A DNA stretch of 64,000 nt from Camelus ferus (taxonomy: Eukaryota): positions 45,820,001 to 45,884,000 of the forward strand of contig NC_045697.1 in assembly GCF_009834535.1 (NCBI RefSeq), in the 5' to 3' direction. Shown piece by piece: positions 50,953 to 64,000 of the stretch. Position 1 is the first letter of the stretch; each line of letters begins with the position of its first letter. The notes under the pieces are model-generated. The model saw only the letters and a list, made by a program, of their open reading frames with translations. It did not search any database and was not told where the DNA came from. The translations under genes were made by a program, and so were the position numbers.

Positions 50953-51486
50953 AACCGGTATCCAGTTAAGATACTGCAGATCTCCTAAAAGTTTCCTTAT
51001 AGTAAGTCTACTCCCCACTCCTCCCACTTCCTCAAACACACTTTATTTTGTTGTAAATCTTTAGAACATTGCAGATAAGTTAAAGTCCAATTTGATCACC
51101 AACCCTGAAGCCAAAACACCAAAGGTAACCATCATTATCAGGTTTGCATGCATCCTTTAAGGTTATTTCCTATTGTTTATTTGTATATGTGTACCCATAA
51201 AAACATACACAGTATCATTTGGTGACTTGTTCATTTTACTACATATTTTGCAACTTACTGCTTTATTGCATTGTTGTTATTGTTCCTGAGAATAGATGTT
51301 TATGAGAGTGTCAAGGAAGATCAAAATCATCCCCAGGTCTGTCAGACATGAAAAGCCAGAATATATGACTAGGTAACATTCAAAATAGGGAAGGAACTCC
51401 TAATGCTCTGGCAGGCCTGGCTTTCTTACTAACTAATGGCTGAGGTTTTTAGCAGATACCTAGGCAGGACAGGAAAAGGGAGTAAC

Positions 51487-51964
51487 TGTAGTAGAATTTT
51501 TGCTTTCCCTGGACACTTACCTTGGCATACCCTCTTCTCCCTTCTTCGTAAAAATAAAGCCTCAGTTTTCACCTGTAACTTCCTAGAATAAAGACTACAT
51601 TTCCTAGCCTTTTTTTTTCAGCTATTTGTATCCATATGACTAACTTTTGCACAATGGGATCCAAGTGAAAATTATACACAACTTTTAGGAAGTGTATTTA
51701 AAGGGAGTGGGTACCATTTTTCCCTGAAGTCAGTATGCAATAGAAAGACTGTGGCTCCAGCTGCCATCCTGACGTAAGTGGGAGGCCACTATTATGGAGA
51801 AACAAGAGAAAGGAGCATGGTCCTTGACACCTTGGAGAACCAACCCAGCCCTGACTGACACCATCTGGACTTCTGGAATATAACACGGAAAAGGGTTTAT
51901 ATTTTGTTTCTGCCACTATCATTTGGGGCTTTTTCCTACTATTTTTAACTAAACTAATCTAAAC
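51487..51964 (+). mobile_element. MLT1J-like MaLR LTR
   Basis: Starts TGTAGTAG; contains aataaagactacatttcctagcc, ctccagctgccatcctgac and atctggacttct; ends ...CA. Confidence 0.75.
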
Positions 51965-53695
51965 AGAGACATTCACCAGGCAAAACACTAATCCATCTGA
52001 CAAAGATGTTGTTGAGGGATTGGCTTCGTAATCAAAGTAGACTTTAATCTTACCTGTTATATTCTAAGGATATCCCAGGAGACTGTATCACTTACGTAAT
52101 TAAAATAAATTGCTTTTGAACCAGTCAGAAAGTTAAGTATTTTCAATGGAAGCATGAGATAATGGAAATTAAACTGAAATTTAGGTATCAGTCTTTAATT
52201 CTTATTCATTTACCAACTGAGTAGTCCAAGTCAACATGTTTTTCTGAACCTAGGTTTCATGATGGGCTAAATAATCTCCAAGTCCCTAGCAGCTGTAAAA
52301 CTTGTAATTTAAAATGATCATACTCTATCAGCAATCATCAAACATCATTAATTTACAATCAGTCTAAGAAATGTGACTATTACACTGGAGATATAATAAG
52401 ATCAAATTGTTCCTCTTCAATATTATTCAAGTGTTACACACACAGACTTACATCATTTCCTATAACTTCTATGAGGAAGATACAAATATTTTGTATATGA
52501 ATTGGGAACAGAGAGGATAAAGTCTTTTATAATCCCTAAGCTATTTACAGCAGAGAAAAAAAGTTATATACATTATCAATTACTACAGCATGCTACAGAT
52601 GAGAACCTGAAACTTCTCAGCAAGGAGAAATACTGGAAAAGAAAGGTAATACAGGGTATGTAGTAAGGAATTCTTAAATCTTTAACATGTATTACTCTTA
52701 CTTAACTAGATTTATTTAACAGTCAGTGACCTGAGAAACCTTGCTTAAATAAATATTACAAAAGGAGTTACTTCCTCAAGAAGTGAAATAGTTCTGCTAC
52801 AAAATCTTAGGATTGTAAGTTTTATAAAGGCAAATACTCCATCTTTGCTGTTTTCACTCCACCACACTTTCAAGTGGGGTAAAAGTGATATGGATGAGTT
52901 AATTTTTACCAACCTTGTCTAATCATTAGCTAAACACATTTATATAATTCTACATGAATGACTAAATGTATTCTTAATCCTCAAAAATAAGGCTACTAGT
53001 TTTATGAGTTAATTATGTTATGTGTCCCACATTCACATTTCATATTTCTCGAATTTATATTCAACTCATTAGCACTCATTTAAATATGTAATTCAACTTC
53101 TCTAAGCCTCAGTTTCTTTAAAAGGATGTTTTTGTATACTCAGTTTGGAAACATGTAGTGGAGATTAAAGTAAAAAATAGTAGATAAGTAAAATGTTTAT
53201 TATAAAAACTGTAATATTATCATCTTAAGAAACAAACACACTTATTTATGAAAAGGCAGTTTTCAGAAATAGCTTTATTCCCCATGGTATGTTCACTGGC
53301 AAAACTATTTGTTATGTGTTTGTATTTGTTTGGTCTCGAGAAATATAATTCTGATTTTTTTAGAGGCTAAAATGGAAAAATTGTTTGCAAACTTGATAAA
53401 AATATGATTTTACTTAAAACAATGTATGAATTTTTAGACAATTCATTTGAATGTTTGAGTATTAAGTATGGAGATATATGTTCACAGTACTTTCATGCAG
53501 GGTACCTGTTGCTCTACCTGAGAGAGATGATCCTGTACATTTTCTCCAGGACTGCACGATACCTTTTGTATTATCCTTTCTATAAGTGAGGAGGAACAAG
53601 ATTTTACTTTCCCCCCCAAAAAATATTTTATAAACATCTCTAACATTGATAAATCTTCACATTCCTTTTCTCACTGTGTCCTTGTGTATTTGCTC

Positions 53696-54091
53696 TGTAT
53701 TAGCCAGCTCAGTCTGCCATGATAAAATACCACAAACCGGGTGGCTTCAGTAACAGAAATCCGTTTATCACAGTTCTGGACACTGGAAGTCCAAGGTCAG
53801 GGTACCAGCATGTTCTGTTTCTGGAGAGAGCTCTCTTTGGCTTGCAGATGGCTGCCTTCTCACTGTGTCCTCATCTCACGTGGCACAGAGAGAACAAGAG
53901 CAAGCTCTCTGGTGTCTCCTCTCAGATGAGCACCGGACCCATCGTGAGGGCCCCACCATCATAATCTCATCTAAACGGAATTACCTCCCAAACTTCAGTC
54001 TCCAAATACCATCACATAGGGGCCAGGGTTTTAACACAGGAATTGGGCAGGGCAGGGGCTTTGGGGGAGGCACACAATTCTATTCATAGCA
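53696..54091 (-). mobile_element. MLT1A0-like MaLR solo LTR
   Basis: TGTATTAG...gccatgataaaataccacaaaccgggtggc...acagttctggacactggaagtccaagg...cttgcagatggctgccttctc...cacacaattctattcataGCA; appears full length. Confidence 0.9.
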
Positions 54092-54499
54092 TATTCTTTC
54101 TCCCTTCAGAACTCATTTCCCACATCTTGTTTTTCTTGTAATATTCTGTCTTGCTTGCCTTATCACTTCTTTGGTACAACTTGGAACTATTTCAAATTTT
54201 CTTTTATCATGTGGGGTAAGTTAACAAGGCTTTACCTCCTGAGGTATGCTAGATTAAGTTACTGAAGTCAGCTATTTGTTCTTCTCCAGCTATCTTTAGC
54301 AACGTGCAAACAATTTCAAGCCAGATAACCATACAAAAAAAAAAAAAGACAGACCATAGGAATTTGCTTCAAATATCATAGAGAAAAACTTCCTGTTCCT
54401 TATCTTGAATGTGAATTTATACGAAAATAATATACTCATTTCAGGAGTTCTTTAACCTTTATAGCTGGGATATAACCTTTATAACTAACATATGTTAAA

Positions 54500-55262
54500 A
54501 ACAGCATAAAACTAAAATATTGAGTTAATCAATTATTACAAAGCCAACCCCTGTAATTCATCACCTAGGTCAAGGAATAGAACAATGACTACACCCCAGA
54601 ACCCCTGCTCACTCCTTCCTGCTCACAACTACTTCTCCTTGGTAACTACTTTCTCACTCTTATGATACTCACTCCCATGCTTTTCCCTTATCTGTCTTCA
54701 ACTTTCATCATCATTCTTTTTAAGCACTTACTCCAAACAATATAGTTTAATTTGCCTGTTTTTGAACTTTCTATAAATGGGATCATGAAGTGTATATTTT
54801 TAATGTATTGTTTCTTTCATTAATATTTTTATATGTTCCCAAAATGTTGATGAATATAGTTGTATCTCATTTTCATTGTATTCTTTTATATGAATATACA
54901 ACTATTTATTTATCCTTTTTATTAACATAGACCTCAGAGTTGTTTCTCATTTGTGTCTATTATAAACAGGCAGCTAGAATTTCCTTTATGTGTGTCCTGA
55001 GCATAAATTTCTTTAAGATGTGTAACAAGCAATGGGATAGCTGTGTTGTAGGATACCTGTAACTTTAACTTTCCAAAATAATGTCAACTTATTTCCAAAC
55101 TGGCTGAACCAATTTACATTCCCACTGCCAGAGCGACAGAGTTCTTTTTAGCTCCACATCATTCCTAAAATGTTGCATTTTTGGGCTTTTTAATATTGAA
55201 CAATTCAGTGTGTTTGTCCTACTATCTCACCATATTTTAATTTTCATTTCCCTGATTACTTT
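54500..55262 (-). mobile_element. L1ME 3' fragment
   Basis: ttgcctgtttttgaactttctataaatggg...ccaatttacattcccactgcca...catttccctgattact. Confidence 0.75.
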
Positions 55263-56949
55263 TATGTTTTGTATGCACATACTTTTATGTCTGATTTGTA
55301 TGCCCTCTGAAAGCTACAGTGAATACCAGAAACTGTATAGAAGGGAAAAAGCAGCCGGTTTCCTTCCCTTTGAGCATAAATTCAATAGGAGAATCCACCT
55401 TTAATGCCAGGGGTTTACTTTTTTGAAGATCTAAGAGGAAAAAAATAGTGGGCCTAAATCCAATGTGTAGTTTTTGAATCTCTTGTCTTGTAAGATATTC
55501 TTTGTTGCTTTTCTTTCTTTCTTTTCTTAAAATATAATTGAAAGAATGTTCCTTAGGCTTCAAGTCAGTCAGGATTACATTTGGAGAGATTTATGAGTTA
55601 GGAACTTCTACACTACAAACTGTGATTTCCATGGAATTTCCAGGAGGTCATCAATTTAAATTCCAGTAACTTTCAGAAAAGAAGACTAGTTGAGAAACAA
55701 GATTCATTTATCGGTGAGAAGGAATGAGAATCAAATTTCCATTAAGTAGGTAAATAGCACCCCTTTCGCCACTCTTTTCTATGTGAAGGAGTTTTTAAAT
55801 TTTCAAATGCACAGTAAAGCTATCAGCATCTCTGGGAAAAACTTCAACTGTCGGAAGCACACAGACGAAAGACTAGAAGCACTAACGTGCATGCTGGACA
55901 GCTGTTTCTTTTCATTTTCTATTTCGAGGAAAACCCAAGTGGGAGTCCTGAAATCTGAGGTATCTTATGTCAAACTCCACTCCCCCTGGATGAAAACTTG
56001 TGCTTTTCTTTGAGGGTTGGCTTCTGTGTTGAGAAAGTGTCTCTGAACTCATTTTTTGAAACACTTCATTTGGCAAGTTTCTTTAGTTAATTCTTGAATA
56101 TGGTAGGTTAAGATGTTCTCACACTTTAAGGGGGGAAAAAAGGTTGCTTAGAGAGGAAATAAATGTTCTTAGTTTCTGAATATGTTTGATTTTATTCTGT
56201 AAACACAGTAAAATATAACTTTGCTATTTACTGTCTTCTAGGAGGCAGCTAAATCTTTTATTTGGCTTAAAATATACTCTCTGATCTTCTGGTTATATTT
56301 ATACAGGGAAAGCCAATGAGAAAATAGAAAGCAAGGAAAGTAACCCCTTGTTTGATATGCTTGCCTCCAAACTCCTCTTGATCTGTGGTTCCTATCTGTG
56401 GGAATCTGTGATTCCTATCCTATTCATGGGAATCAGCCTTATTGCTCCGTAGAACACTGAGGCTGGTCCTGCAGATGACGCTTTAGAAAGCTGAAGTTCT
56501 TGAAGTTTAACATCTTTATGATATTTATACCTACTCTCTATGTGTGTGTGTCTCCTTAATAATTTTTGAAAGATTCCATAGAGAGAGGAAGAGAATTTGA
56601 TACAATTGGATTCCAGGAGGCAACTCATCACCAGAGAACAGCAATCAAAGCGAAAGCCTACACTGCATTTCTCCACAACTATGCACGGTGATGGGGACTA
56701 TCCTGCATCAGGAATAGTGGACATGTGGGTCCTCATACAGATGAAGGGGCACTGGATGGAGAAGAGGAGTACTGGTGTGGGACCTTGGGTGGAAAGATAA
56801 CTAAAGATTGTTAGGAAGGCTTGTTGTCTGATGTCCTCTGTATTAACCCCTGTGTTACCCCTTTAATAAAAGCTGCAGTACTGGGATGCAAGTCTGACCC
56901 TTAGTGATAAAGAGAGTTTAGAAAAAATAAGACGACATTAAAATGAGGG

Positions 56950-57195
56950 GAGTGGGAGAAAGAGAAAGTAACCTAAACCGTCATACTAAAGAAGGTTCAG
57001 AAGAGCCACATCTTTGTCCTTGAACCAAAGTCAACCAATAAAGAGATATGGCTTCCAGAGATAGATCCACCCTTAATATCCCTGCCACACTCAGTCCTTG
57101 GGGGAAAGCAGCCTGTGGGAGGTGTGGCCTGAACAACAGGTTTCAAAGAGCATCTGATGGGGCCCTCAGTTAATTACATTCCCTGTACTAGCTGC
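56950..57195 (-). mobile_element. ERVL LTR remnant (LTR33/LTR16-like)
   Basis: cacactcagtccttgggggaaagcagcctgtgggaggtgtggcct...ggggccctcagttaattacattccctg. Confidence 0.45.
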
Positions 57196-57726
57196 ATTAT
57201 ACTGACAACCATAATCTCCTTTCATCCCAAACAAAAATCCCGAGGTTCAAAAACACTGACATAATGACTCATTTGCTTTATCATAAATAGAGTCTCAAAA
57301 TAAAATTGCCAATATTAGCATCAACAATATGCTTTGCAAACACTCTGAAATGTTTTGCAGATCTTTTTTTTCCTTAGGCTATATCCCATTAGGAATGTAT
57401 GGCCAGAATATTCTGTTTTAAAGTCACTACACATGGAAAAGTTCCCTTCTTTACAGCTATGATACCAGCTAGATATATAAGGTTCATTTATTGATTTTAT
57501 TTCATTTTTTAAGATATTTTAAAATTTTCCTTACAATTATATGAAATATTCTTAGAATTCTAAAGTCAAATCTGCAATTTAGAGACTTAAAGAAGTCTAG
57601 CTTGCATCTCCCCCAATGCCCTCTATCCTATTCCATTGCCTCCTTTCAATATAGATCATCATTTTAAACAAGGGACTTGCTTTATATTGCTTTGTTAACT
57701 GCTATTTTTTTAAATATAAGCATGCA

Positions 57727-57778
<52 letters not shown>
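57727..57778. repeat. (TATC)13 tetranucleotide microsatellite
   Basis: 13 perfect TATC units. Confidence 0.97.
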
Positions 57779-59084
57779 ACCTAGCTAGCTACTTCTGTAT
57801 TTATTTATGTAAGTAGTAGCACCTTATACCCATTTATCTCAACCTTGCTTTTTTTACTTAGCAGTATATTCAGGGAATTATTCTATAGTAGTAAGAGACA
57901 TTTTCACTCCTTTTTCAGTTGCACAGAACTCTATTATAGGGATAGATCACAGTATAGTCACATGGCTACTGATGGTCACTGGGGTTGTTCCCTGTTATCT
58001 GTTATGACGAACACTGCTTTAGTGTATAGCTTTGAGCATAGGTCATTTCACATTTTTTGCCAGTTTATCTTTGGGATAAATTCCTAGGTGTAGAATTCCT
58101 GGTCAAAGAGTACATGAGTATTTTATTTTGCTAAATATTATCAAATTCTCCTTCAATCGGTTGGGCCATTTTGCAGACATCCTGTCATTTATGAGCACCA
58201 TTTATAAGTTTCTGCATAGCCTCATCAACAAAGTATGTTCTAAAGCTATTAGATTTTTGCTGATTTGACAGGTGAGAAACTGAGTATACTTTTTGTATTT
58301 ATCTTATTATAAACAAAAATGAACATATTTTCATATGTTTACACTATTTACATTTCTTTTTCTATGAACTGCATATTGATACCTTATTTTTCTATAATAT
58401 TCTTGGTCTCTTTTTTTATTTTTTTCTTTAAACATGAAGAACGTTAGCTCTTCTCTATGATATGAATTATCAATATTTTCCCAGTTTTTCACTTGTAATC
58501 CTACTTTGCTTAGAACGCATTTTTACCAAGAAAATGTTTTATTTATGTGTTATTAAAATTATCAGTCTTTCCCTTACTGACTAGATTTTGAATCACTTGT
58601 AGATTTTGGAGGATTCACGTATGTTTTCTTCTAGAACTTGAATGGTTTATTTTTTATTTATTTTAACATTTATATCTCTAATTCCTTGGAATTTACCATA
58701 CTTTACTGTATAATAAATTAATTTGATTTTAATTTCGTCCACTTGGGTATTCTCAACACCATTTATTTAAAAGTCTACTTTTATTTTTTACACTAATTTG
58801 AGATGACATCTCTATCAAAAAATTTTCGATACACACTTGAGTCTATTTCTGTGTTTTCTATTTTGTTCAGTTGCTTTGTGCATCAGTACAACACTATCTT
58901 GATTATAGAAGCTATATGTTCTAATATCTGGTAAAGTAACTCCCTCTCATGCTATTCTTCTTCAGGGTTTTTGTAGATATTCTTGCTTATTTGCTTTTTC
59001 CAAATGAACTTTAAATTTCTATTTAAAGAAAAAACTCAAAAACTGATGATCATTCACCAGGATTGCTTTAAATTTCTTAATATC

Positions 59085-59600
59085 ACAGCTTATGTGTCTA
59101 AAGATGGTTGCAATGATATCTCTCATTGCACATGTTATTATGTTATTTTGTAACATAAGCTTTGCTCTCTCCCATTAAGGGGTAGAATCTACTCCTCTCT
59201 TTGACCTACACAATATAGCAGGAGTGACATTAAGAAGTGATATTTAAAAGGACTCAAAGCTTCCACTTTTGCACATTGGGGAAGCCAGTCACCATGTGTT
59301 AAGAAGTCCTACCACCCTGAATCTGTCATGTTATATGGAAGGCCAAGCCAGCTAATGGAGAGTCCACATGAAGAGAGATATTTGCTTGGCCAGCCCCAAA
59401 ACATCCCAGCTGAGAAGACAGGTAACTGAAGAAGCCATCCTGGATACTCTAGCTCCAATAGAAGCAACTTGGAATAAAAGATAAGCTGTCCCCACCAAAA
59501 TATGTCCAAATTGCAGAATCATGAGCAACTAAATAAATTATTACTATTAATCACTGAGTTTGGGAATGGTTTCATTTGCAGTAATAAATAATCAAAATAA
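59085..59600 (+). mobile_element. MLT1G/H-like MaLR LTR nested in the old L1
   Basis: aaagatggttgcaa...gaagccagtcaccatgt...gaagaagccatcctgga...ccaaattgcagaatcatgagc...cactgagtttggga. Confidence 0.75.
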
Positions 59601-59989
59601 AAATGATGGAGATTTTTCTCCTTTGCACTATTTATATTATGGATTTTATTGTTTCCTGTCTCCTATTGACTCACCCTTGAATTATAGGACAAACTGCACT
59701 TAATCATGATATATTATTTTTTAATGCACTGTTGGATTTTAAGATTTCTGTATCATATTCATAAGCAAAGTTAGTCAGTAGATATCTTTTTACATAAAAG
59801 CTTTGTAAGGTTTGTGAATCAGTGTTAAACACACTTCATAAGATGAATATAGAAGTTTCTCTTCTTTTTTAGTGCTCTGAAGTAGTCTAACTATTACCTG
59901 GGACTATCTGATATTTAAATGATTGGTGGATTCCTGTGGTACAACCTGTGCCTGGAACTCTACTTTGGTGCAGCTTCTTAAGTACTCTG

Positions 59990-60411
59990 AATCATACTAC
60001 TCAGTCTTAAAAAAGAACAAAACTTTGCTATTTGCAGCAACATGGATGCACCTGGAGGGCATTATGGTAACTAAGTCAGATGACAAACACTATGATATCA
60101 CTTACATGTGGAATCTGAAAAATACAACAAACGTGAATATAACAAAAAAAGCAGCAGACTCACAGATAACAGAGAAAAAACTGTTCAGTTACTAGTGGGG
60201 AGACAGAAGCGGGGAGGGGCAACATAGAGGCAGGGTACAAAATAATGGGTATAAAATAAGCTACAAAGATACATTGTACAAGAAGGAGAGTATAGCCAGT
60301 ATTTTATAATAACCGTAAATGGAGTATAACCTTTCAAAATTGTGAATCACTATATAGTACACCTGAGATTTATATAATATTGTACAGAACTGTACTTCAA
60401 TTAAAAAAAAA
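59990..60411 (+). mobile_element. Cetartiodactyl-type L1 3' end nested in the old L1
   Basis: tttgcagcaacatggatgcacctggagggcattatg (FAATWMHLEGIM), gcagactcacagata, ending tacttcaattaaaaaaaaa. Confidence 0.85.
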
Positions 60412-63400
60412 GTGTTAACCTCAGGCCTGTGTCAATCCAGGCCTGCCTAGGAGAATGGCCTCTAGTCCATTAGCACACACCGTTTTCTTTGGACTAGAAT
60501 GTAGACAGATACAGATTTTTCTGTCTGCCTTTTCTGTTGTGTGGCACTGCCCTGGATGGAGGGAGCTTTAAATTGCAATGTAGGCCTTGACTAGAACAGT
60601 GTAAAAGATTGGCATGCGAATGGAAGTGCGGCTTCTCTGTGTCATGGTAACCGCGAGGCCTCTCAAAGAGAGAAAAATGGCCCACTTGCTTTATCCCTAG
60701 TCCTACATTTTCTATTAATCCAATAAATGCCGTATTAGATTAAAACCATGTGTTTCATGAGTCAGATCATCAAGCTGGACTCATAAAAACTATCATACTG
60801 TGCAACATCTACTTTTTTTTTGTCTATAATAATTGATCTGTTTACACAGTTAATCTCTTCTGTAACCAATTTTGGATAGTTGTGTTTTTCTAGAAAAATT
60901 TATCTATCTTATCTGTTGTTTATAAATTAGTGTTGTGTAAATTAATCTCTATTGGTTTTTTGTAAGTCTTCTTCTTTAGTAGTGAAAACCCCCCAGCCAT
61001 TTCTCATTTTAAGTATTTGTCGGTTCCCCCTTTTGTCTTACTTGAGCTAGCTAGTGGTTTGACTAGTTTGTTAATTTTTTTTCAAAGAATTGGCATTTGG
61101 ATTTATTATTAATTCTATATTTTTCTCATTTATTTTTAATTAATCTCCTTTTTTACTTTTTGGGGGTACTTTGTAGTCCTTTTTCTACCTTTTGTATTGG
61201 GTACCTAATTCATTTGCTTTTACTGTTAGATTTTTATTAGTATAGGTATTTAACACTATATATTTTTCTCCAAAAACTGCTTTAACTGTATCCATAGATT
61301 CTGACAGCTGTATTTTCAGTACTCTTATTTTGAAGAAATTCTGCTATTTCATTTTGTTTCCCTTTTGATCCAAGAGTTATTTATTAAAATGATTTTTAAA
61401 GTCCCACTTGAAAAGACATTTGTACTGTTTTTGTTATTAATGTCATTTAAATTGGATTATGGTCTGATAATGCTCTTTGTAGTAACTGAGGTAGTGAAAT
61501 TTTTAAGGGGATTTTTTTTTTTTCAGATGTACATGTGTGCCCAAGATATAGTCCAATTTGGAGAATGTTCCATGTAGACTTGAAAAGGTGAAGTCTTTGT
61601 TAACAGAGTTTAACATTCATTCATGAAAATGAACTTATTAATTACTTATTAATTATCCATCTAGTAAATATTTGTCTATCTGTTCTTACCTGGCTTGAGA
61701 TAAGTGTGTTAAAGTCTCCTATTATTAGTGTATTTCCATTATTTATTATTTCCTCCACAATGGTTTCTGATTTATCAATTTGTGTTACTGGGTAATTAAT
61801 TGAGTAATATTAATAACTCATATCTATAATTGTGAAATATAGCTTTAAGCACTAGAATGACATCATATATAATTTGTCTATTAATGCTTTTTTATTTGAA
61901 TACTAATTTGTTACATATCAAAATTACAACTCTTACTCTTTTATTTGTGTCTGTCTAGAATACTTACTTTTTTAATTTATTTTTACATTTCTGTATTTCT
62001 CTAATTTAGATATTTTTATATAAAATATGGACTATTTTGTCTTTATAGTTGCACTAAGTTCATTTACACATACTGATGTTATTGATAAATTTAGCCTTAG
62101 TTTTTATCATATTGCTTTATATTGTATATATGTCAGACACACACACACACAGCTTTTTCACTATGGCACCTACTTTGTTACATCTTTTTTTCTATATATT
62201 CCTTGGCTTTATGAAAGGCTTGTATTTTGCCCAAATAACTACCTTTATCTGACCACCCTTCTATGAAACTCTTGCCTCTCCCCCTTTTTTTAAAGCTAAC
62301 GTTCATTATTCCTACTATGAAGAATATTGAAATTAGCTAGCAGTATTTTTTCTCCCACTTTTTCCTATCCCTAAACGTCTAATTTGAAATCATATGCCTT
62401 TTCTCTTCAGTTAATCACTAGAAGGCAGTCAGTGAACTTAATCTATTCTCCGTATACTTTCCCTTATTTCTGATGGCCAACGGTATCTCTATTGCCAGTG
62501 CATACAACAATATTATACTACACTCGCCCCCTTATATCCCATTTAGTCTCTGTTTTATAGATAAATATATACTTATTGTTGACCACAGTTCTTTGGTTTA
62601 TGTCTTTCTGGTCATTTTGGTGGTATAAAGTGTATTCTCTAGTTAATTCCCCAGGAAGTCTCATGGGAGCAATATTCCTGAGTTCTTTGCACATCCATGA
62701 TAGTGTGTTTCCAGCCGTCGTACATGAAGTTTAGTTTGGTTGGATATAAAATCCTTGGCTCATATTTTCTTTCAGTCTCTTAAATATTACTCCATTACTT
62801 GCAGCATAAAACACAGAAAAATCTGATGACAATCTGAGTTTCTTTCCCTTAGAAGTCTTTTTTTTCTTTTTCTTCAAATTCCATTTTTCATGTCTTGTAG
62901 GCTATTCTGTTTTTTCCTGAAATAGTAGTGTGCCCTTCCAGTCCTTTATCTCAGAAAGTTTCTTAAAAGTATAATGTTTAGTTTTAATTTTATGTTGTTG
63001 CTTTGTTTTTTCCTTCTCCAGGAATTCCTATTGTATATATGTATGTATGTATGTATGTATACTTTATCCATGTCTTTATCATTTTATACAGTTTTTATCT
63101 TATATCACGTTCAAGTCTTTTTAATCTCTTCATTCTGTGCAATTTTTAATTTGTTTCTCCTTTTTATCTTCTACTCCTCCTAAAGCAATGTGTGGCATCT
63201 ATTTATACGTTTCTTTTAGTTTATTCTTCACTTAACAAAAGCGTTTTTTTTTACTTTCCTATATGGTGTTAGCTCTTTAATTTTATAATAATAGGAAACC
63301 AACATGCTTGTATTTCTTACTAAAATTACCTATAAGATAGAACTACATATCCTACTCTGACTGATGAACTCACTCTAATTGACGTCATATACAAGTTTAA

Positions 63401-63534
63401 AAAAAACAAGTAAAGGATATTAAACAAATGCAACATTGATGAAAATGCTTGGGGTCTTTTAGCAATTCTTGGCAGCCCAGAATGAACCCAGAATGAAGAA
63501 AGAGCATTGACAGTAACAGTATATAAGGCAATAG

Positions 63535-63650
63535 TATTGCTATGGGCTTTGAGAGAATTCAGGCAAGGCCTGAGCACACTGTCTGGCACTTAGTAAGTGC
63601 TCAGTAAATAAATCCATATTTTATTATCATTATGATTATCATTACTATTA
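63535..63650 (+). mobile_element. MIR 3' end
   Basis: gagcacactgtctggcacttagtaagtgctcagtaaat followed by a (TAT/CAT)n tail. Confidence 0.7.
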
Positions 63651-64000
63651 TTCAGAGGATCAAGACAGAGAAAGAGACAGATGGTATAGTAAAGTTTTGG
63701 GTTACAACTTTGACATTTAAATTTTGAGTCTCCTTTATCTTTACCCGTCCCTCCCTATGCTCAGATCAAGGAGCTACATGGGCTTCCCAAACAGGCTAAT
63801 CATAAAGTGTCTGCCTTGGGCACTGCTTTTTAAAAGATGTATTAGAGCATTGTGCTAGATTCTGTTTTGGCAGTAATAGTATCTCCCATCCCACACGCTC
63901 TAATGCACTGTGCCCACGCCATCCCTTCCAGCAAAAGGAATAGTCTTTTTTCCTCCACCTCCTCAAATCTGATTACTTTGAACAACAGAACCCAGGGAAA

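Larger units (their letters stand above)
57250..63200 (-). mobile_element. Long decayed L1M (L1MC/ME-like) element split by younger insertions
   Basis: Continuous T-rich reverse L1 motifs from 3' UTR (about 57.8 kb) through ORF2 (ttaaagtctcctattatt, gttccatgtagacttgaaaa) to the ORF1 side (ggatataaaatccttggct, aatctgatgacaatctga). Confidence 0.7.

Noticed and set aside
1..64000. Most of the 60-140 aa ORFs in the supplied track
   Set aside because: They have biased low-complexity composition, many start at TTG/GTG, overlap decayed repeats or microsatellites, and show no recognisable domains; this is expected by chance in mammalian non-coding DNA.

Overview
AT-rich mammalian intronic or intergenic DNA, about 40-45% transposon-derived by eye. 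The host is probably a camelid: the young L1 3' UTR resembles camelid L1s as I recall them, cetartiodactyl-type L1 3' ends are present, and I see no Alu, B1, Bov-tA/BovB, PRE-1 or SINEC elements. The only long ORFs belong to a young, 5'-truncated LINE-1 ORF2 (35.4-37.8 kb). The rest is old L1M, L2, MIR, MaLR/ERVL LTRs, MER58A and MER46C DNA transposons, microsatellites, and one clear retrotransposed U13 (SNORD13) snoRNA copy with poly(A) tail and TSD. Several small minus-strand segments have good splice sites and can be joined in frame, suggesting the 3' part of an unidentified large-intron gene, but I cannot name or confirm it. There is no CRISPR array, rRNA, tRNA or operon, and no evidence of a novel multi-gene system. 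Repeat subfamily names come from remembered consensus sequences, and boundaries of old elements are approximate.
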